DNA of 64,000 nucleotides. It comes from Candidatus Obscuribacterales bacterium (GTDB taxonomy: Bacteria > Cyanobacteriota > Vampirovibrionia > Obscuribacterales > Obscuribacteraceae). Below, one piece after another: positions 20,218-30,076 of the stretch. Under the pieces are notes generated by a model that had not been told where the DNA came from, searched no databases, and saw only the letters and a program-made list of their open reading frames with translations. Positions within the stretch are counted from its first letter, which is position 1. Each line of letters starts with the position of its first letter. Made by a program: the position numbers and the translations under genes. The stretch spans positions 1,216,001 through 1,280,000 of the forward strand of contig CBDDIJ010000003.1 of NCBI GenBank assembly GCA_965228855.1, written 5' to 3'.

Positions 20218-22710
20218 ATGTTTAGTTACTCAAATGGCATGGCGAGTAACGTGTTCACGGTGTGCTTAGCTTTGTTGATGTTGGTTACGTCGATTCCGGC
20301 ATCATGGGCTGCTGAGCCTCCGCCTGCAGTAACTCCTTTGTCTCAACAAGCCGCTGAAATATTAGCGATTAAACCTGAATTAGAAAAGCTCATATATTTA
20401 GAACAGAAGGGTGAAACTTATTCAGAGGAGTCCTTGGCTCTCAGGACTTATATCTACACGCAGATTTTAAAAGGAGTGTTTGATACCAGTGATGGTTGCA
20501 ATACAATCGAACGGGAGCTTGTCTACACTTATGGACTTTTACAGAGACAACAGAAAAAGCAACAGAACGCTGGTGATTTCCTCAACCTTCTGAACTTTGT
20601 GCAATTCGGAACCATTTATACTATCGAGCCAATTGTAAGATTACGTGGACAGTTTGAAGCCTCCGGAATTCTCACTGGAGTAGCTGCGGGTACCGGTATT
20701 GTTCTTCCGACAACAAACATTTTATATGGCAAGCTCTCTAAAACTTCCAATGTTTCGCCACCAAAGGGGTTCCGGCATGTTGTATCCGGCAATCCTGTTA
20801 ACAAATTCAAGTTCCCGAAATCGGTTGAGCTATTCATGGAGATGAAACCGCCTGGAGCTGCCGTCTCTCGCCGTGCGATGCTCCGTGAAGTCTGGCGAAA
20901 ACGTTTCGGCACAAACGAGATGACGTCAGAGGCTCTCCACAGTCTCCTCGACGGGAAGAGTAAAAACGCGAAAGATCTCAACGATCGAATTGTGCATCTT
21001 TGGGCACTGCATACGGTGGTACAAGATTTGGATTCCGCCTTGCTCCAGCTGATGAGATTTGTAGTTCCGCTCAAGTCACCACTTGACGGTGCTGTTCAGA
21101 ATGACCCACCGCTTCAGCTGGATAAGGGTGCCACGGAAGCGCTCAATCTATTAGGTATAAGGAGGGAAGCGGCTGCTCTGGCAGACCTGAACAAATCCGG
21201 GGAGAACGGAAAACTGAGACGAGAGCTCGAGGCATACGTTCTCGGCAAAATTATGTTAGGTAGTTTGGAGATGAGGTGCGCTGTTGATCGAATTTATGAG
21301 GAACTCAACTATGCCTATGATGTCGCTCTCGCTGAGTTGGAAAGTAAGCGTGCACGCGGACTTCAGCGCAATTACGAGGCCAACTTCATTCAGATAAACA
21401 CATTCGGCGCAATCGCAAGCCTCCTCTATCTCAAAGGTTATTCTAAGCCTGGAGACGAGATGTTCGTAATCGGCGATTCAATGAGCATGGCGCTTTCGAC
21501 TCTCGCCTTGCTACAACTGCGTGGTGGCAAGCGAGCTATCGACACCCCGCCCAATTCGCTTGCGGATTTCCTAGATTTGAACCCACCGAATCAGTATTGC
21601 TTTAGTCCTTTTGTCTCCTCTTTTCTCGCTTCCAAGGACCCATATTCTAAAGAAGGACTGACTCACAAGGGAGAACTTTTGGCGATATGGAAGAGAGACA
21701 AGGTGGCGACAATCAACTATGATGACCCCGAAAATCAGATGCGGCTTTCTGCCATGCCTGGTGCCAAGAAAGATACCATCAAAATTCTCAGAAACCGTGC
21801 AAATTTGCTCGCTTCACTTCGGGTTAGATTTCAGTTTCTAGATCAAGAGCTGCTTGATGCTTTAGAGGCTACTGAACCAGGCGCGAGAATAAGTACTTCG
21901 ACAGTCGGTTCTGATGATTCTTTGAGAGTTAACAACGAGCCTACTTGGAGAACTGCACAGCTAATCGGAGCTATTAACGAAGCTAATCGAATCAATGAAC
22001 TTCGACGAAAGGGTGCTTCCGCTGCAGATTTGTTTGAGCCGCGACTTTCATTTACCAGGCAGCTTCTGAAAGCAAAACTTGAAGTTCGAAAGACCTCAGC
22101 GAACATTGAACAGGAAATCGCTGCTGAGCAAACCGAGGTTGACAATCTAAAACGATATCGTGACATGAGTGTTCAGCTCACGAACATCGGCAACTTCTAT
22201 CAGATAGGTGTACTCGGCGTTATATCAGATGGTCTTCTGGGGCTGTCAGGAAAGGCGAATAGCGAGTACCGAGCGAACGTCGTAAATATTGTTTCTGGGT
22301 CGATGGTGACTGGTTTAGGAACTTTCGCGTATCTGCTCAGATCTGGCGGAGTGAGGCTTAAGTCACCACCTCCAAATATGCTTGGTCCATGCCTATCTGT
22401 AGAGTCCCCTGCAAAGAAATTGTACGCTCCCCTACTCATTCGCTACCTCAATGACGAAGACCCGTTATCGTCACCCCGGCAGACTCGTGCTGCCGAACTA
22501 CTTGAGTTTTGGAAAAACTCACGGATACTATCAATCGATATCGGAAAAGCCGAGGTTCAGGAAAAGGTTTCGGCTTCAGGCAAGCACCACCGGTGGTGGA
22601 ACGAGCGGATTAAACTGATTGAAAATCGAATCAACATGCTCTTCGACCTGAGATCGGTGATTAACATGCTCGAAGGGGATCTGTCGAAACTCATGGAAAC
22701 AGTGAGCTGA
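20218..22710 (+). CDS. Secreted protein of three tandem ~265-aa helical repeats
   Basis: 830 aa; signal peptide ending SWA; three alignable internal units. Confidence 0.85.
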   Translation: MFSYSNGMASNVFTVCLALLMLVTSIPASWAAEPPPAVTPLSQQAAEILAIKPELEKLIYLEQKGETYSEESLALRTYIYTQILKGVFDTSDGCNTIERELVYTYGLLQRQQKKQQNAGDFLNLLNFVQFGTIYTIEPIVRLRGQFEASGILTGVAAGTGIVLPTTNILYGKLSKTSNVSPPKGFRHVVSGNPVNKFKFPKSVELFMEMKPPGAAVSRRAMLREVWRKRFGTNEMTSEALHSLLDGKSKNAKDLNDRIVHLWALHTVVQDLDSALLQLMRFVVPLKSPLDGAVQNDPPLQLDKGATEALNLLGIRREAAALADLNKSGENGKLRRELEAYVLGKIMLGSLEMRCAVDRIYEELNYAYDVALAELESKRARGLQRNYEANFIQINTFGAIASLLYLKGYSKPGDEMFVIGDSMSMALSTLALLQLRGGKRAIDTPPNSLADFLDLNPPNQYCFSPFVSSFLASKDPYSKEGLTHKGELLAIWKRDKVATINYDDPENQMRLSAMPGAKKDTIKILRNRANLLASLRVRFQFLDQELLDALEATEPGARISTSTVGSDDSLRVNNEPTWRTAQLIGAINEANRINELRRKGASAADLFEPRLSFTRQLLKAKLEVRKTSANIEQEIAAEQTEVDNLKRYRDMSVQLTNIGNFYQIGVLGVISDGLLGLSGKANSEYRANVVNIVSGSMVTGLGTFAYLLRSGGVRLKSPPPNMLGPCLSVESPAKKLYAPLLIRYLNDEDPLSSPRQTRAAELLEFWKNSRILSIDIGKAEVQEKVSASGKHHRWWNERIKLIENRINMLFDLRSVINMLEGDLSKLMETVS

Positions 22711-22738
22711 GAATTAGCCTAGCTGAGGTTGGAATGTT

Positions 22739-24370
22739 TCAAGCAGGGACTGGAACGGCTGCATCCCATGCTCTTTTGGTAAGTGCCGAAAACGCGTCAT
22801 CGACTGTGGCGAAGTTGTTCTGCTCGTCGATGACGATTCCGACTCCTTCGAGTATTGTGCGATTACCTTCGTTTAGTCCTACAAATACCACACCCCCGGG
22901 CATGCCTTGCCAGTCTTCGAGTGCCTCGTCGAGAGCGTAGGCGCCTGACTGGTCAATGAACGGGACATTATTGAAGCGAAGCAAAACTACTTTTGAATTT
23001 TTCAAATCTGACCATACTTCTATAAAGTTTGAAACTTCTCCGAAGAAAATTGGCCCCATAAAATCATAGACGTAGACTTCGTTTCTCACGATCTCCGGCA
23101 GACCGTCCGTGAGTTCTCTCCAGTGCTGGACCGCTTCTACCGGTCTGACTCTGGAGCGCTTCTCGTCCGCCATTCGCTTCGCAAAGATTGTGCTGGCAAG
23201 CGCAACTCCGATAGCAACCGCCATGATCAAGTCTACAAATACCGTCAAGACCAGCACAATAAGCATAACGGCGGTATCGGTTTTCGGAGCCGTTTTTACG
23301 CTTGACAGTGTTTTAGTGTCTATAATACCGATTCCGACTGTAATGAGAATTCCGGCCAGAACTGACATGGGAATTTGAGCGGCCGTCGATCCCAGTCCCA
23401 GTAAAACGGCCAGGAGTAGGCAGCCGGCAAAAATGCCGGAGATGCGGCTGCGACCGCCAGACGTCACGTTGACGATACTAGGCATCGTCGTTCCCGAGCA
23501 AGGAATTCCGCCAAATAATCCTGCAGCGATGTTTCCAAAACCTTGAGCGACCAATTCTTTATCGCTTTTGTGTCTCTGTTTCGTCGTCTTGTCCACCAGC
23601 ACTGATGTGAGCAACGAATCGATACTTCCAACGACGGCGAACGACAAACCGCTAGCTAGAACTACGTGTATAAGTTCAAAATTAAAAACGGGTATTTGGA
23701 GACGCGGGAGTCCTCCGGGAATTTCGCCTATTGTCGGAACGTTAAGGTTGAGAAGAAGAGAAGCCGAGGTCCCCCCTACGAGTGCCACCAATAGCGGTGG
23801 AATTTTCCAGGGCAGTTTCTGGACGGCGTAGATCGTCGCTATGGTGGCTAACCCGAGCAGAAGCGCTCCTATGTTTGCCTGACTGCCCTTAAGCCAGAGC
23901 ATCTCGAAAGCGGTAAATATGTCTCCTTCTGTGCGGAGACCAATTAGCGGAAGAAGTTGGATGGATATTATTATGACGCCAATCCCGGTCATGAATCCAG
24001 AGACGACAGGATGAGGAATATACTGAATCAACTGACCAATTTCCAGTTTGCCAAGAATTATCTGGAATATACCGGCCGCGATTCCACTGGCAAAAACGAG
24101 TTCTGGCTTGTCTGGATGTTGAAGCGCAAGCGCGGCTATCATGACTGTCACGGGTCCTGTTGGACCTGAGACCATGCCCGGTGTGCCACCGAAGATGGCA
24201 GCGATAATTCCGCAAGCGATCGCGCCGTACAGCCCTGCGATCGCCCCCAGACCTGATGCTACGCCGAACGCCAGCGCCAAGGGGAGTGCAATTATTGCCG
24301 CCAGCAAACCACCGATTAAATCACCGGCGATCTGCTGACCGAAATTGTTTTTCTGTGATGAAGCTGTCAT
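22739..24370 (-). CDS. sulP: SulP/SLC26 anion transporter (BicA-like) with STAS domain
   Basis: ALPLALAFG, GPTGP, ELVAQGFGN; STAS VPFIDQSG. Confidence 0.93.
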   Translation of the reverse strand: MTASSQKNNFGQQIAGDLIGGLLAAIIALPLALAFGVASGLGAIAGLYGAIACGIIAAIFGGTPGMVSGPTGPVTVMIAALALQHPDKPELVFASGIAAGIFQIILGKLEIGQLIQYIPHPVVSGFMTGIGVIIISIQLLPLIGLRTEGDIFTAFEMLWLKGSQANIGALLLGLATIATIYAVQKLPWKIPPLLVALVGGTSASLLLNLNVPTIGEIPGGLPRLQIPVFNFELIHVVLASGLSFAVVGSIDSLLTSVLVDKTTKQRHKSDKELVAQGFGNIAAGLFGGIPCSGTTMPSIVNVTSGGRSRISGIFAGCLLLAVLLGLGSTAAQIPMSVLAGILITVGIGIIDTKTLSSVKTAPKTDTAVMLIVLVLTVFVDLIMAVAIGVALASTIFAKRMADEKRSRVRPVEAVQHWRELTDGLPEIVRNEVYVYDFMGPIFFGEVSNFIEVWSDLKNSKVVLLRFNNVPFIDQSGAYALDEALEDWQGMPGGVVFVGLNEGNRTILEGVGIVIDEQNNFATVDDAFSALTKRAWDAAVPVPA

Positions 24371-24373
24371 GTT

Positions 24374-24601
24374 CTAGCCGGGAACGTTTCTAGGATCGTT
24401 GCCATAGCTGTTTCTTCTTGAAATGCGGCCATTCATGTTGTGAATTATCAATTCCACTTTATTTTTTCTGGCTATGTCGCGCGCTGTATTCACAGCTTCC
24501 TCTTTAGTCTCGTGGGTGCTCATTACTGTGTCCTTGCCTTCTTCTTCAATAGCCCACGAGTCATTTTTGTGTACGACATGAATAAATGGATTCTTTTGCA
24601 T
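24374..24601 (-). CDS. DUF2188-family small protein
   Basis: HVV..W..TKEEAVNTARDIA..ELIIH..GRI..NSYGNDP; ATG 24601 with AAGGAG RBS (track ORF over-extended). Confidence 0.85.
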   Translation of the reverse strand: MQKNPFIHVVHKNDSWAIEEEGKDTVMSTHETKEEAVNTARDIARKNKVELIIHNMNGRISRRNSYGNDPRNVPG

Positions 24602-24867
24602 TTTGAACTCCTTCTGCGATGGCCTTTCAAAAAGAAGGCTCGGGAAATTGTCAGGCACCACCCGCAGTGGCTGTTTTGATGCGACCGTAATCCAAACTTT
24701 AATTTCTTGAAACCGTTGGAACTTTCGCGTAAGGAAAAGCATCAGCCGCCTGAGCTTTATGCGATTTTCATAGCACAAAAAGTTGTTGCCGATAGGTGAA
24801 TTGCCTGTTGTGCTATTCTGATGTGATATCTGTATAGGTTTAACCTCAAAAAGTGAGCGAGTAGAGC

Positions 24868-25611
24868 ATGACCTCATCGGGCTGGGATGCACTGAAGTTC
24901 TGGGGCGAGGACGCTGTTCGTGTTAAACCACTGGCAGGCGGTGTTGCAAATGATGTGTGGAGCGTCACAATCGATGGGACTCTCGCTGTTGGCCGCCTTG
25001 GATCACGAAGCAACGTAGATCTGGCATGGGAAGCCGACCTTCTTCAATTCCTGGACCTTTCGGGCATTTCCGTTCCTGTTCCAATTCCTGCCCAGGACGG
25101 AAGATTGTTCGTTCAGGGGCTGATGGTGATGAAATACCTGGAGGGTGGTCCGCCTGAAACAAAAGCCGACTGGGGTCGTGTAGCAGAAACGCTTCGCCGT
25201 GTCCATGTGTTGACGCAGGGCCGGTCTCAACGACCAGGTTGGCAATCATCGACCGATTTGATTTCCGTCGAAGAGGGGACAAAGGTCAATCTCCGCGCGA
25301 TGCCTGCTGAAGGGGTAGTCCGATGCCGAGCTGCTTGGTCACGGCTCATTGGACGACCGACATGCGTGGTTCACGGGAATCCGAATAATCCAGCTAATAT
25401 ATTGATGACGGCTGATCGGGTTGCGTTAATCGACTGGGACGAATCTCACGTGGACGTCCCTGACCTCGATCTGGTTCTCCCTTATAATGCTGCGGAGCTC
25501 GATGACGTTCGGTTCGACGTTGCAGCGCAAGCGTTCGCGGCATGGGAAGCTGCGGTTTGCTGGGATGACGACTATGCAGTGCGACGGCTTTCAACAGTCA
25601 GAGCGGTGTGA
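24868..25611 (+). CDS. APH/choline-kinase-like phosphotransferase
   Basis: GGVANDVW, VPVPI, VVHGNPNNPAN, LIDWDE. Confidence 0.85.
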   Translation: MTSSGWDALKFWGEDAVRVKPLAGGVANDVWSVTIDGTLAVGRLGSRSNVDLAWEADLLQFLDLSGISVPVPIPAQDGRLFVQGLMVMKYLEGGPPETKADWGRVAETLRRVHVLTQGRSQRPGWQSSTDLISVEEGTKVNLRAMPAEGVVRCRAAWSRLIGRPTCVVHGNPNNPANILMTADRVALIDWDESHVDVPDLDLVLPYNAAELDDVRFDVAAQAFAAWEAAVCWDDDYAVRRLSTVRAV

Positions 25612-25690
25612 GTGGCAGTTCGTATTTTCCCCAGTTACAGCGAGGCGAGAATCCATATGATTGTCCTACGCTGCTATGAGTTTTTATTTT

Positions 25691-26392
25691 ATGCCAAATG
25701 AAATTGCAAAAGAGTTGGATAGCAATGCTGTCCATAAGCTTGAATCGTCAGGCTTGATTAATCGACTTCAAGATGAAACGCATCACGAAAAAAAGAGTGA
25801 GACACTGTCGGGTGTGCAAGCGTCTCTTTCTGACTGGAAAGGTCACCTGGTAAGAGACAGTGCTGGAGCTGCCGCTGGATTTACGATTGGAAAATTCGGC
25901 GACGTCTACGCACCATTTGCACGAAAGGTCCCTTGGATAGTTGGCTCGGCTGTTGCGATCAATCTGATTTACGATGCCGTTGCCGGCGAGAAGGGTGAAA
26001 ACCATTCTAAAGATTTCAACCTCGGGAAGTTCGGCACCGATGTTCTCAGCACCGCGACTGCGGGCTTAATAACCGGGCGGCTTGCCTGGGGGAAAGAAGG
26101 TGCGCAACACCTGGATTATCTGGCGCTGCGTGATGGTTCATCCAGATATGTGCCAGCCCACAAAAGCGTGTATGGTCCTAAGATTTATAGCTTTGGCGCG
26201 CACACCGAATACACCGGTTTGACCATAGGCCAAAAGACGAGAGACGTGCGAGAATTTTTGAAAGATCGTCGGCAACTAGACCAATTGCCGAGCGCGCTTG
26301 AGCGAATGAAAGCCGCTCATAATCCGAATCTCGAGGGACGTATCTGGACTTCGAAGCGCATTCCTGAGAGTGTGAAAAGGAATTTCTTATAG
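25691..26392 (+). CDS. Hypothetical protein with Gly/Ala-rich hydrophobic segments
   Basis: Long ORF filling the gap between neighbours; start uncertain. Confidence 0.6.
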   Translation: MPNEIAKELDSNAVHKLESSGLINRLQDETHHEKKSETLSGVQASLSDWKGHLVRDSAGAAAGFTIGKFGDVYAPFARKVPWIVGSAVAINLIYDAVAGEKGENHSKDFNLGKFGTDVLSTATAGLITGRLAWGKEGAQHLDYLALRDGSSRYVPAHKSVYGPKIYSFGAHTEYTGLTIGQKTRDVREFLKDRRQLDQLPSALERMKAAHNPNLEGRIWTSKRIPESVKRNFL

Positions 26393-26418
26393 AGAGACTT
26401 TGCCTCGTGGAGCTTCCG

Positions 26419-26703
26419 TCAAAACTCTCTTGAGAGTCGTGCCAGGTTGCTTAGAATCGAGCGCTCAAGAATTTCAACTTGAGAAATATCAATGTTGAAT
26501 TGGTCGGCCAATTCCTGGTGTGATGCCTTTTGCTCCAGAAAGTTTTGCCAGATTGTCAACTCCACGTCTGAGAGCAGCTGTCCGAGTTCAAGCATCTTCG
26601 TTGCCCGACGTTCTGCTCTCGTCCGACGAGCAGCGATGCTCGCGTCCGAATGAAACCCCCAGGCGTCGTGGATTTGTTTCTCTGATGTTTGTGAATCGTC
26701 CAT
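26419..26703 (-). CDS. Small protein with sigma70 region-4-like HTH
   Basis: LSDVELTIW..SHQELADQFNIDISQVEILERSILSNL. Confidence 0.6.
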   Translation of the reverse strand: MDDSQTSEKQIHDAWGFHSDASIAARRTRAERRATKMLELGQLLSDVELTIWQNFLEQKASHQELADQFNIDISQVEILERSILSNLARLSREF

Positions 26704-26841
26704 ACCGATCCGAGAGAGCTTTAAGTCTCGCTTGGTTCTTCTTAGATCCAGTTTAGCAGATGGATATCCGCCTCTATGTGTGCGGCTAGATAGAGCCTTA
26801 TAATGGGAAGTGACTGACTTGCTTTGTTCAGAGGAGTTTGT

Positions 26842-27186
26842 ATGCCAAACCAAGAGATGCATCCTGAGGCGGGGAAGGTCTTTCGTATTGATTTGGGACC
26901 AGGACTACAAGCCATTCAGGATGTCCATCTACATGGGAAATTGGTGCGCATCGAGGATTGGGCAGACCGTATGGAATACAGCGAGCTAACCGAATGGCAA
27001 ATCTCGGTAATTCTACAGTTCTATGTGAACCGATGTTTGCCGGACTTTCCCGAACTAGAATTGATCAGACCGTCTGACGTAGATTTGCGAGGTCTAGTGC
27101 TCGGAACAGTTCTTGCTCCGCCGGTACCAGGCGGTTTTGTCGAGAGAACGATTCTAAGGAAAAGCGAGATGGCGTCTGTTGTTTAG
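26842..27186 (+). CDS. Hypothetical protein
   Basis: GAGGAG RBS before ATG 26842. Confidence 0.55.
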   Translation: MPNQEMHPEAGKVFRIDLGPGLQAIQDVHLHGKLVRIEDWADRMEYSELTEWQISVILQFYVNRCLPDFPELELIRPSDVDLRGLVLGTVLAPPVPGGFVERTILRKSEMASVV

Positions 27187-27275
27187 CTTGTCAGTTACTG
27201 CTCCTTTTCGATACCTCTAAAATCAGAACTATCCTATATAATTCTGGCATCCATCTAAGTTGAGTGTCAGGAAAT

Positions 27276-27902
27276 ATGGCTCGTGTGATTCGCATCATAT
27301 TAATCGCGTTGGTTGCCCTGGCGGTTCTCGCAGGCGGCGGGTTTTGGTATTGGACTACGACGCCGGCATATTCGCTCGAGCAGATCCGAGACGCCGTTCG
27401 CGACCATAACCTTTCCAAGTTTCAAATGTACTTTAGCGTTGATGAAGTCGCGGAATCGATGGTGAAAGATCTGCTCGCTTCGCCTGTACGAAAAACGCTT
27501 GGCGGTGAAATGCTGGAGAGAATTTTGTCTAGTGGAATGGTGAGCCAGGCAACTGTTCAACACGAAGTTGCTTCTAGTATCGCAGGCGATATCAAGACTT
27601 TGGTGGACACGGGAAGTTTCGCTCAGCCATCTGGAAGTAATTTTGATAAAGCCTCGATGGGGACGCTCGATCAGCGACTCGGGATCAAGACGATTTCCCT
27701 AACGAAGGTTCAGGATATTAAGGTAGATGGCAGTACTGCTACGGTAACTATGCTCTTACATAGTGGAAAATTTGACACCGATCTTCCACTTGTAGGGGAG
27801 ATGCAAAATAAGGATGGATACTGGCAGGCGACGCGCATTCTGAACACGGTCGAGGTGTTTGGCAAGCTGTTTGAACTTGAGAGCGCGAAAGCGAGCGAAT
27901 AG
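27276..27902 (+). CDS. DUF2939-like membrane-anchored protein
   Basis: N-terminal TM helix followed by TPAYSLEQIRDAVRDHNL..YF. Confidence 0.7.
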   Translation: MARVIRIILIALVALAVLAGGGFWYWTTTPAYSLEQIRDAVRDHNLSKFQMYFSVDEVAESMVKDLLASPVRKTLGGEMLERILSSGMVSQATVQHEVASSIAGDIKTLVDTGSFAQPSGSNFDKASMGTLDQRLGIKTISLTKVQDIKVDGSTATVTMLLHSGKFDTDLPLVGEMQNKDGYWQATRILNTVEVFGKLFELESAKASE

Positions 27903-27951
27903 GATTTGCTTGGTTTTCAATTGCCAAGTTTAAGCGCCTGCACCTATATAG

Positions 27952-28593
27952 TTAGTGAGCGGCAAGTTCTCGGAGAGTCTCAAGCAGTCTATTGGCTTTG
28001 AGAACGTGCACACCGTCTATGGTGCGCTGCGATAATTCCAGTCGAGCTCGCGTAAATGCGAGAATGGGAACGACCCTCCCGCAATTCCTTTGCGAGCTGA
28101 TGATACCTGCTTGTCGCAGAATTACAGCTATCAGGTCACGTTCTAGTTCTTTGTCGCTTCGGATAAGCTTGCCATCTCTCTCGGAGATCACGCCGCTATG
28201 TGATTTTACGTCGACTGCGAAAACCTTTTGATTTGGTGAAGTGACTAAAAAGTCGATGTCACCTTCGCGCGGTAGTAAGACATTTTTTTCAATCGACCAA
28301 CCCTGATCTCTCAATGCCGAAAGCATCTCGCCGACTCGATCTTCAGCCTCTCCTCCTTTCTCCGCACGTATCGCTGCTTCCGTGGCACCTTTGGATTCCA
28401 AAAACAGAAAACGCGCGGCCGCCAGAAAAATACAAACAAGCCAAAATGGGGTATGCGTACCGCCTGTTAGTATCAACACCGCCGGGATAATGATTGACAC
28501 GATCCACGCTACGCGAAAGAGTTTCGCCTTTCGATGACGTTGGAGTGCAAGTTCCTTCGGACCGTTGTAGGGCCTCTTCATACGTGACTCCAT
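27952..28593 (-). CDS. Membrane-anchored NERD (nuclease-related) domain protein
   Basis: Two TM helices; GGEAE..GDIDFLV..VDVKSH. Confidence 0.85.
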   Translation of the reverse strand: MESRMKRPYNGPKELALQRHRKAKLFRVAWIVSIIIPAVLILTGGTHTPFWLVCIFLAAARFLFLESKGATEAAIRAEKGGEAEDRVGEMLSALRDQGWSIEKNVLLPREGDIDFLVTSPNQKVFAVDVKSHSGVISERDGKLIRSDKELERDLIAVILRQAGIISSQRNCGRVVPILAFTRARLELSQRTIDGVHVLKANRLLETLRELAAH

Positions 28594-28663
28594 TAGCGAT
28601 CACTCATGGCTTCGATTGACATTTTACGCGAGCCATCCGTAAAAATAAACGAGTACGCTGTTC

Positions 28664-28755
28664 CACCTCCATTGTTTCAAACTACCTTGCAGTAGCTTGA
28701 CTGGTACGAGCACCTGGGTTAGAGTGAGGTAGATACGGTTAATGCAATGGAGGTG
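28664..28755. repeat. 11-bp perfect inverted repeat flanking a promoter
   Basis: CACCTCCATTG 28664-28674 / CAATGGAGGTG 28745-28755; inner CTACCT/AGGTAG. Confidence 0.8.
28697..28725 (+). promoter_or_regulatory. Sigma70-type promoter TTGACT-N17-TAGAGT upstream of rsgA leader
   Basis: Read directly. Confidence 0.55.
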
Positions 28756-28758
28756 CAC

Positions 28759-28824
28759 ATGAAAGAGATTGTCTCGCTGAGCGGAAGCTTTCCCGTCGTG
28801 CGCGCTTCATTCGCTCGTAACTAA
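28759..28824 (+). CDS. Putative 21-aa leader peptide MKEIVSLSGSFPVVRASFARN
   Basis: GGAGGT SD at 28749-28754; ends 200 nt upstream of rsgA. Confidence 0.6.
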   Translation: MKEIVSLSGSFPVVRASFARN

Positions 28825-29023
28825 TTTAAGTTTTTGAATTGAATCACCAACGACGGCACACGTCCTTGTTTTGCTGCGCATATAGCCGGCAGGTGCAAGG
28901 AACCTGGAGACTGTTGCTATTTCTTGCGCACCGCAAATGGTGCGGGGACTTAGAACGGTTTCGCTCGCCTATTTCAAGCTAATAGATCCACTTAAATTTA
29001 AAACAACCAAGGACCAACCGACA

Positions 29024-30034
29024 ATGATTCCAGAAAATTTTAAAGCGCTTGTGAAAGCGCCGCTTGTCTGCGCGCGCGTAGTCGCGCAGAATCGTGATTC
29101 ATACCAAATCACTTCTGAGGACGGAGAAGTCAGGGCCGAAATCGCCGGCGTTATGCGTTACGAAAATGAAGAAACAACTGAACTTCCAGTCGTCGGAGAT
29201 TTCGTTGCGGCTGAATTATTTGATGGTTTTGCAATCATCAAATCTGTATTGCCTCGCGCTAATTTATTCTCGCGTCGAGGAGTATTTCGTTCTCACTCAA
29301 TGCAGCCGATTGCGGCTAATATAGACCGACTCTTCCTAGTGATGGCTGTTAATGGCGACTTTAGTAGGCGCCGACTGGAACGCTATATGGTGGCAGCCAC
29401 TGCATATGGTGTTCCATGCGCGGTCTTGCTGAACAAAATCGATCTCGCAAACGATCCGCAAAGCTTCCTCGACGAAGCGCATTCGATTTCAGGAGCGCTG
29501 CCGGTTCTTGCCGTCTCCGCTTTGAATGAGATTGGCATGGATGCGTTTCGACCGTATAGAGGGAGGGCGAAAACATTCGCCTTCGTTGGCTCATCAGGGG
29601 TTGGCAAATCTACTTTGATAAACAGGTTGCTCAATCAAGATCTGCTTTCGGTAAGCGGCGTTCGTGAGAAGGATGACAGAGGAAAGCACACGACAACTCG
29701 ACGATGCTTGGTTTATCTCCATGATGGGACCGCAGTGATCGACACGCCAGGGATGCGCGAGTTTGGTCTTGCAGATGCGGGTTCCGGCGTCGAGCAGACG
29801 TTCTCAGACGTTTCAGATCTGGCAAATGAGTGTCGTTTCCGTGATTGCAAGCACGATACCGAACCCGGATGTGCGGTGCGTGGTGCCGTCGAAGATTCTC
29901 GTTTGCACAGCTGGCGAAAGTTAGAACGCGAAGCTGCCTTTGAAGCCCGAAAAACCGATCGCTTGCTCGCAGAGTCGGAGCGCAAGAAATGGCGTGCGAT
30001 TCACAAGGAGGCTAAGCGACGGCAGCGCTACTAG
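29024..30034 (+). CDS. rsgA: Ribosome small subunit-dependent GTPase A
   Basis: VVGD, AANID, NKID, GSSGVGKST, GKHTT, DTPGMREF, CRFRDCKHDTEPGC; ATG 29024 with AAGGA RBS. Confidence 0.95.
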   Translation: MIPENFKALVKAPLVCARVVAQNRDSYQITSEDGEVRAEIAGVMRYENEETTELPVVGDFVAAELFDGFAIIKSVLPRANLFSRRGVFRSHSMQPIAANIDRLFLVMAVNGDFSRRRLERYMVAATAYGVPCAVLLNKIDLANDPQSFLDEAHSISGALPVLAVSALNEIGMDAFRPYRGRAKTFAFVGSSGVGKSTLINRLLNQDLLSVSGVREKDDRGKHTTTRRCLVYLHDGTAVIDTPGMREFGLADAGSGVEQTFSDVSDLANECRFRDCKHDTEPGCAVRGAVEDSRLHSWRKLEREAAFEARKTDRLLAESERKKWRAIHKEAKRRQRY

Positions 30035-30076
30035 ACCTTTCTCGTCTCACAATGGGAACTGCATTGTCTGCCGAGG

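Noticed and set aside
24602..24892. N-terminal extension of the DUF2188 ORF
   Set aside because: Strong RBS at 24601; the extension overlaps the divergent gene start.
27952..28593. NERD protein as an anti-phage system
   Set aside because: No helicase, methylase or other defence partner nearby.
28685..28750. tRNA-like stretch (GTAGCTTGACTGGTACGAGCACCTGG)
   Set aside because: Only the D-arm resembles tRNA; the anticodon stem is mismatched and there is no T-arm or CCA. Better explained as a promoter, though a decayed tRNA is not excluded.
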